Origin: Bilabrum cf. latius
Lineage: Eukaryota
Assembly (NCBI GenBank): GCA_965178125.1
Contig: OZ237751.1
Location: 868,001-932,000, forward strand
DNA: 64,000 nt
Direction: 5' to 3'
Shown here: one piece after another, positions 60,101 through 64,000 of the stretch
Layout: each line of letters starts with the position of its first letter
Position numbering within the stretch: the first letter of the stretch is position 1
Notes under the pieces: model-generated
The model's input: the letters and a program-made list of their open reading frames with translations, nothing else
What the model was told of the DNA's origin: nothing
The model's database searches: none
Made by a program: the position numbers and the translations under genes

Positions 60101-62840
60101 CAACAGCTGTAAGGGACACGCTGTAGGCAGTGCTCATCCCAATGGGCCAGACCGCACTGAAGCGACTGGACGAGGTGCATCAGCGAACCACGATCTGGGG
60201 GACATTGCAGTAGACTAGCCGGCTGCGGCGACGACCCTGCTGACTCCAAGACCTATCGGTTCGTGAATTCGGACGCCAAGACAACAAAGCGTTGGTAAGC
60301 AAGCTGGACGACAGCCATCAGGAGGATGATGGAGGCGTACTGCACGGGCACGAGCGAGATCACGGAGTCCTTCAGCACGCACTCTAGGCGAACAGGCAAC
60401 AGTTGCCGCCGTGGGTGTTATGTACAAGCACGCCGACTGGAAGTCGTTGGAGAATGCCGTGTACTGCATGAGCAAGGACCACTTGCCCAAGCTGGCTGTG
60501 GCGTTCAAGAAGGCAGTAGCGGAGCTCTAAGGAATGAGTCAGAATGGCGAGAGGACAACGGACGGGCGCCCCTCCCGTCCGAGTAGCATCAATGTGGTGT
60601 GGGGCTGCCGAGGCGGGCAGCCCTTGGGTGAGGCTGGTGCGGGCCAGCTCACCCCGTCCCCATCGCCGTCTTTCTCAGCAAATACCAACCGGCAGGTTGG
60701 ACAGAGATTAATTATGCCATCGTATTATAACAAATCGGGACCCGGTAAGACTTGGGATCAGGCCCGACTGATTCCGAGTCGTTCGGGTCCTGGTTTGTGC
60801 TCCCGAGGCACTTCCCTTGAGGCAAGTGCTCGAGTGGAGGCTGAGACGCAACACGCAGCGCCACAGATATAAAGATCTGGGCACTGGAGTTCTGTTGAAA
60901 GCCCGCCCACCCGTGAGCTCATGGAGGGTCTACGGCAGGACAGACTGGCTGCGGTGCAGGATGCTACCTGCTGATCCGGCCAACTGGTCCCTGCTTGACA
61001 TGTTTTATGTGTGATTGATATCAAACCTGCCGGCAGGGAGCTCACGTTCCCTGACGACGACCGGGACGTGGTGGTGTGGGGCTGCCGAGGCGGGCAGCCC
61101 TTGGGTGAGGCTGGTGCGGGCCAGCTCACCCCGTCCCCATCGCCGTCTTTCTCAGCAAATACCAACCGGCAGGTTGGACAGAGATTAATTATGCCATCGT
61201 ATTATAACAAATCGGGACCCGGTTTGCCATCAAGCAGCTCAGTGTCTGGACTCGCACTGGATGCGGCTATTCAAGCAGCAGTGAACATCGTGCTCGTATC
61301 AGATCGCAAGGCACCCGGCGAACCGCTGCTGTTGTAGACTCACGTTGCCTGCATGAATGCCCGGGCATTCGCTGCACGAGGTGTCGCCAGCCTGTTCGAG
61401 TTGGGCGAGCCACGCAAGGTACCCCACAGCGAGGTCTAGCAGATCTTGCTGGATGCATACAAAACGCACTTGATTGGGTCTGGTATGTATGGCTGCATCT
61501 CGCAGGGAGGACAATTGTAGAGTAGCGTGGTGGGCAACGCAGAATCAGTGAAGCGAATGGTTCATTCAGAGGCGTTTGAAAAAGCGACCAGCAGCTCCAA
61601 AGCATCATTCGTTTTGACGGAACTGATGGAGGAGCTAGCACATGCTCAAAGGGTACTAGGCTACAATGAGGCATACTTGATGAAGTAGTTTAACGCATGC
61701 TATTGGCAACAAATGTCAATGCACAGCATGTTTCGACGAGCTCTCGTGCGGTCAGTGTCTCTCTCAGAATAGCTGCCTGAACGGTTGCGAATTGGCCTGC
61801 AGCCTCTTGATTTTGCGAGGAGATTTGCTGAATCAGAGTGTCACTAGGCTGCCTTACTAGTTCTGAAAGACATAAGCCAGTCGTGCGGCAGCGAGTCTGC
61901 GTGGGAGCTTCGGTATGAGCTTGTCCTGGCTCACATGCGGTTAGAACAGTTCGATGCAGCTGCTGGGGTGCCTAGCTTTGTTGAGGAAGCGACGATGCCG
62001 CAGAATGCACGCGAACTGCTGTTCATGGTGAAATCGTGGTACTTGCACAGCCTGGCTACTCTATGCTCGGAGCGCGGCCGTCATTGTGCCGTCAGAAGCA
62101 ACTACGTTGACATCTACGAGAGAGGTATAGCAATGGCCGCAGGGTCCCCAGCCGAGGTACCTGTTCTAGTCAGTACCATGCAAGAGTTGTGTCGCGGACT
62201 ATTGCTTGCATACACTGGTTCGTACGGAGATGCAGCTTGGTATTTAGGCGCGGCTTTAGGATCCAATGTTTTGGGCGACTCTGAGCCCAATTTGCAAATG
62301 GATGCGCTGCACGCTAGAGCCGAGTGCTTGTTTCGGCTGGGCCTGCACAGCGATGCAATCCAAGCGTACCACGATACCGACCAGCGTGCTGTCTATCTGC
62401 ACGGATCGCAATCCCCCGAGCGAATTCGAGTTCGGCTCTGGCTGTCAGCGTGCCATCGAAGAATGGGTAACATTCTCGCGGTTGTCGCAGAAGTCCAGGA
62501 CTTCCGAAGTAAGGTCTCATCACGCATGATAGACGGGCGTTTGGACATTCTGGAGCTTCTTCGGGAAGAGTGGCTAGCGCAAGCAGCCTTGGGCGATTTC
62601 GAATAGGCGTACCTTGCGGTCGATCATGTACTCTGTGGGGTTCGAAAACTCTATGGCGAAGATAGCCGGGTGTTTGCCGTCGTATCACTGGATCGGTTTT
62701 TGTATGCGGGCAAGACAGACAGAGAGGATGACGCTGAGAAGTCGCTTGAAGCTGGATTGCCGTGGCTCACAATATGCATGGAAGACTTGGGACTATTGGA
62801 CAGCAGCGACCGCAAGCGGTAGTACTGGATTCCGGATTGA
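51130..62840 (+). CDS. Clu-domain + TPR protein (clustered-mitochondria-like), split at 54645/61224 by a YR element; start codon uncertain
   Basis: ORFs 51190, 51448, 51934, 52732 and 54115 share one frame via TAG. Clu motifs: IAGGAK..HGLFLK, YGSDVMAAK, RYGSSDGG, PFDVEIH..RIVLDTHRLLPP, GLRLRHIG. After removing 54646-61223 the frame continues (TGC GGT|TTG CCA) into helical TPR-like repeats (LGLHSDA, LGDFE[TAG]A) to TGA 62838. Confidence 0.78.
54801..55489 (+). pseudogene. Decayed first ORF (gag-position) of the YR element
   Basis: Protein-like frame (ORFs 54716-54937 and 55184-55489 in the same frame) interrupted by two TGAs. No recognisable domain. Confidence 0.4.
55681..59380. repeat. Internal block duplications (~0.5-1 kb, 3 copies) followed by a 39-bp-type minisatellite array inside the YR element
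   Basis: Near-identical ORFs 55775-56164, 56836-57225 and 57741-58130. The unit gagcagagcacatcgtggtgcagactctgcggctggt is repeated over ~58200-59380 (unit size approximate). Confidence 0.9.
59890..60530 (+). pseudogene. Frameshifted tyrosine recombinase
   Basis: GTCRGNELRSRTMDD (catalytic Arg, ~60007), LWKTT..AVLIP (Lys), FSTHSRRTG (HxxR, ~60380) and ADWKSLENAVYC (W...Tyr, ~60438-60464) occur in order but across different frames. Confidence 0.72.
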
Positions 62841-64000
62841 GCATAAGCAGTGCTAGTGAGTGATAGATAATCCACCGCGGCACGGCGTTGCACTTCTGTT
62901 ATATTGCCCGCATTATCCGGACATGAAGATGTGTGTTGCAGTGAGGTGGCGTGGCACCATGGCCTGTTCGCGTGTACGATCAATCCGGATTCCGGGTGAG
63001 CGACACACGATGGTGCAGATGGAGTGAGGGGCTCTGAACGGCAGGATCTTTGGTGCCAACGGAGTGGAGCAACGATTCAGAAAGGAGGCGTGGTAGGTCT
63101 TGTCCTCGCACTGCCGTCTGCTTGTTAGTGAGGCCAATGAGGCCTCTGAGATTGAGGCTGCATTTTAGGCGCAGAACCCGCTCGAGGTGCAGGGGCAGAG
63201 ACAGGGCGAAGCAGAGGAGTGCGCGGGGTGGACCAGAAGGACGAGGGCGGCGGAAGGGGGGAGGGGTGATGGCACATCCGGCGGGTAGAGGAGGGTGCGT
63301 GGAGGAGAGATAGCTTGCAAGGGAATCACGGTGGTTGGAGCTCGTGAGAGCGTCAAATTCAAGTATCAAATGTGTGGTCATCTAAAGTGGCAAACTAGAA
63401 CTGCTTCCGTAGCTTACTGGTGCGATAAATCGGGCACTCAGTACACCGCAGGACAAGCGAAATGACCGCGCTTCGTCCAGTCCAGCCTCCCAGGTTGTCA
63501 GCCCGTCTTTGGCCCATCAGGATGATAGATCACTCAGTGGATCGAACCAAGACTCGAGTACTTGCGGTCCTCTGCGTCACGCATGCACCGCGCGGCAGCC
63601 GCCAGCTCTGCATCACGCAGGCCGTCCAAAACAGGGCCCTGATCGCGACGAGCCCGTGCACCGCACTGCAAGCCTGCAGATCCGAGCAAACAACGTGCGA
63701 TGGAGACCGAGAGGACCGAAAGGCTGTGAGGGTGCATGCTAGCGTGATGCACGCCCTCACAACCCCTCGTGCTCCGTACCGAAGTCCAAGCCAAGTAGGC
63801 TAATTCGACTTGATGTAGTCTAGGCAGCTGCTGTACCGTCTCCCGCGCGATTCAGAGAGATGAGACAAGGTTGCAACAGACAGCCGCACCCGTCATGCCT
63901 TGCCGCATTGCCCTAGAAAGTTACATGACAGCAGTATGCACGTTACTCCCTACAGCGCCGCACCAACGACGCAAGCTGTCATTGTCATTGCGAGCAAACC

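Larger units (their letters stand above)
54646..61223 (+). mobile_element. Degenerate Ngaro/PAT-like tyrosine-recombinase retroelement with split direct repeats (A1...B1-A2-spacer-B2)
   Basis: A1 54644-54800 = A2 60745-60901; B1 60594-60746 = B2 61071-61223. CGGT occurs at both host junctions and at the internal B1/A2 junction. YR remnant present; no RT recognised. Confidence 0.85.

Noticed and set aside
54644-60901. The two 157-bp GTAAG...AAG copies as independent introner introns
   Set aside because: They are better explained as the A1/A2 split direct repeats of one YR element, given the paired B repeats and the restored host frame.
62850-64000. Possible minus-strand multi-exon gene at the window end
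   Set aside because: No consistent frame or domain could be established by hand.

Overview
GC-rich, intron-poor eukaryotic (protist) nuclear DNA. The ORF track looks fragmented because this genome appears to use a variant genetic code: TAG is a sense codon, almost certainly Gln, while TGA, and apparently TAA, remain stops. With TAG read as Gln, the fragments join into long single-frame genes: a GDPD, a WD40/Zn-finger protein resembling TFIIIC-delta, a GT61 glycosyltransferase, a NEK-type kinase, a giant tandem-repeat protein, a split-PH protein, Uso1/p115, a small RIIa-domain protein and a Clu-TPR protein. Three mobile elements are present. (1) A 701-bp AT-rich element with terminal inverted repeats (TIRs) and a 5-bp target-site duplication (TSD), resembling a virophage/Polinton remnant, sits in a coding exon. 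(2) A 9.2-kb non-LTR retrotransposon has a single ~2935-codon ORF (signal/TM, putative cysteine protease, APE, RT) written in the host code, and a ~170-bp copy consisting only of its joined ends lies nearby. (3) A degenerate Ngaro/PAT-like tyrosine-recombinase element with split direct repeats is inserted in the Clu-TPR gene. Both in-gene insertions carry splice sites that could remove them in frame. A 12-13-mer (CACTCGTCACAC) is strongly over-represented. All translations and counts were done by hand and no database searches were run.
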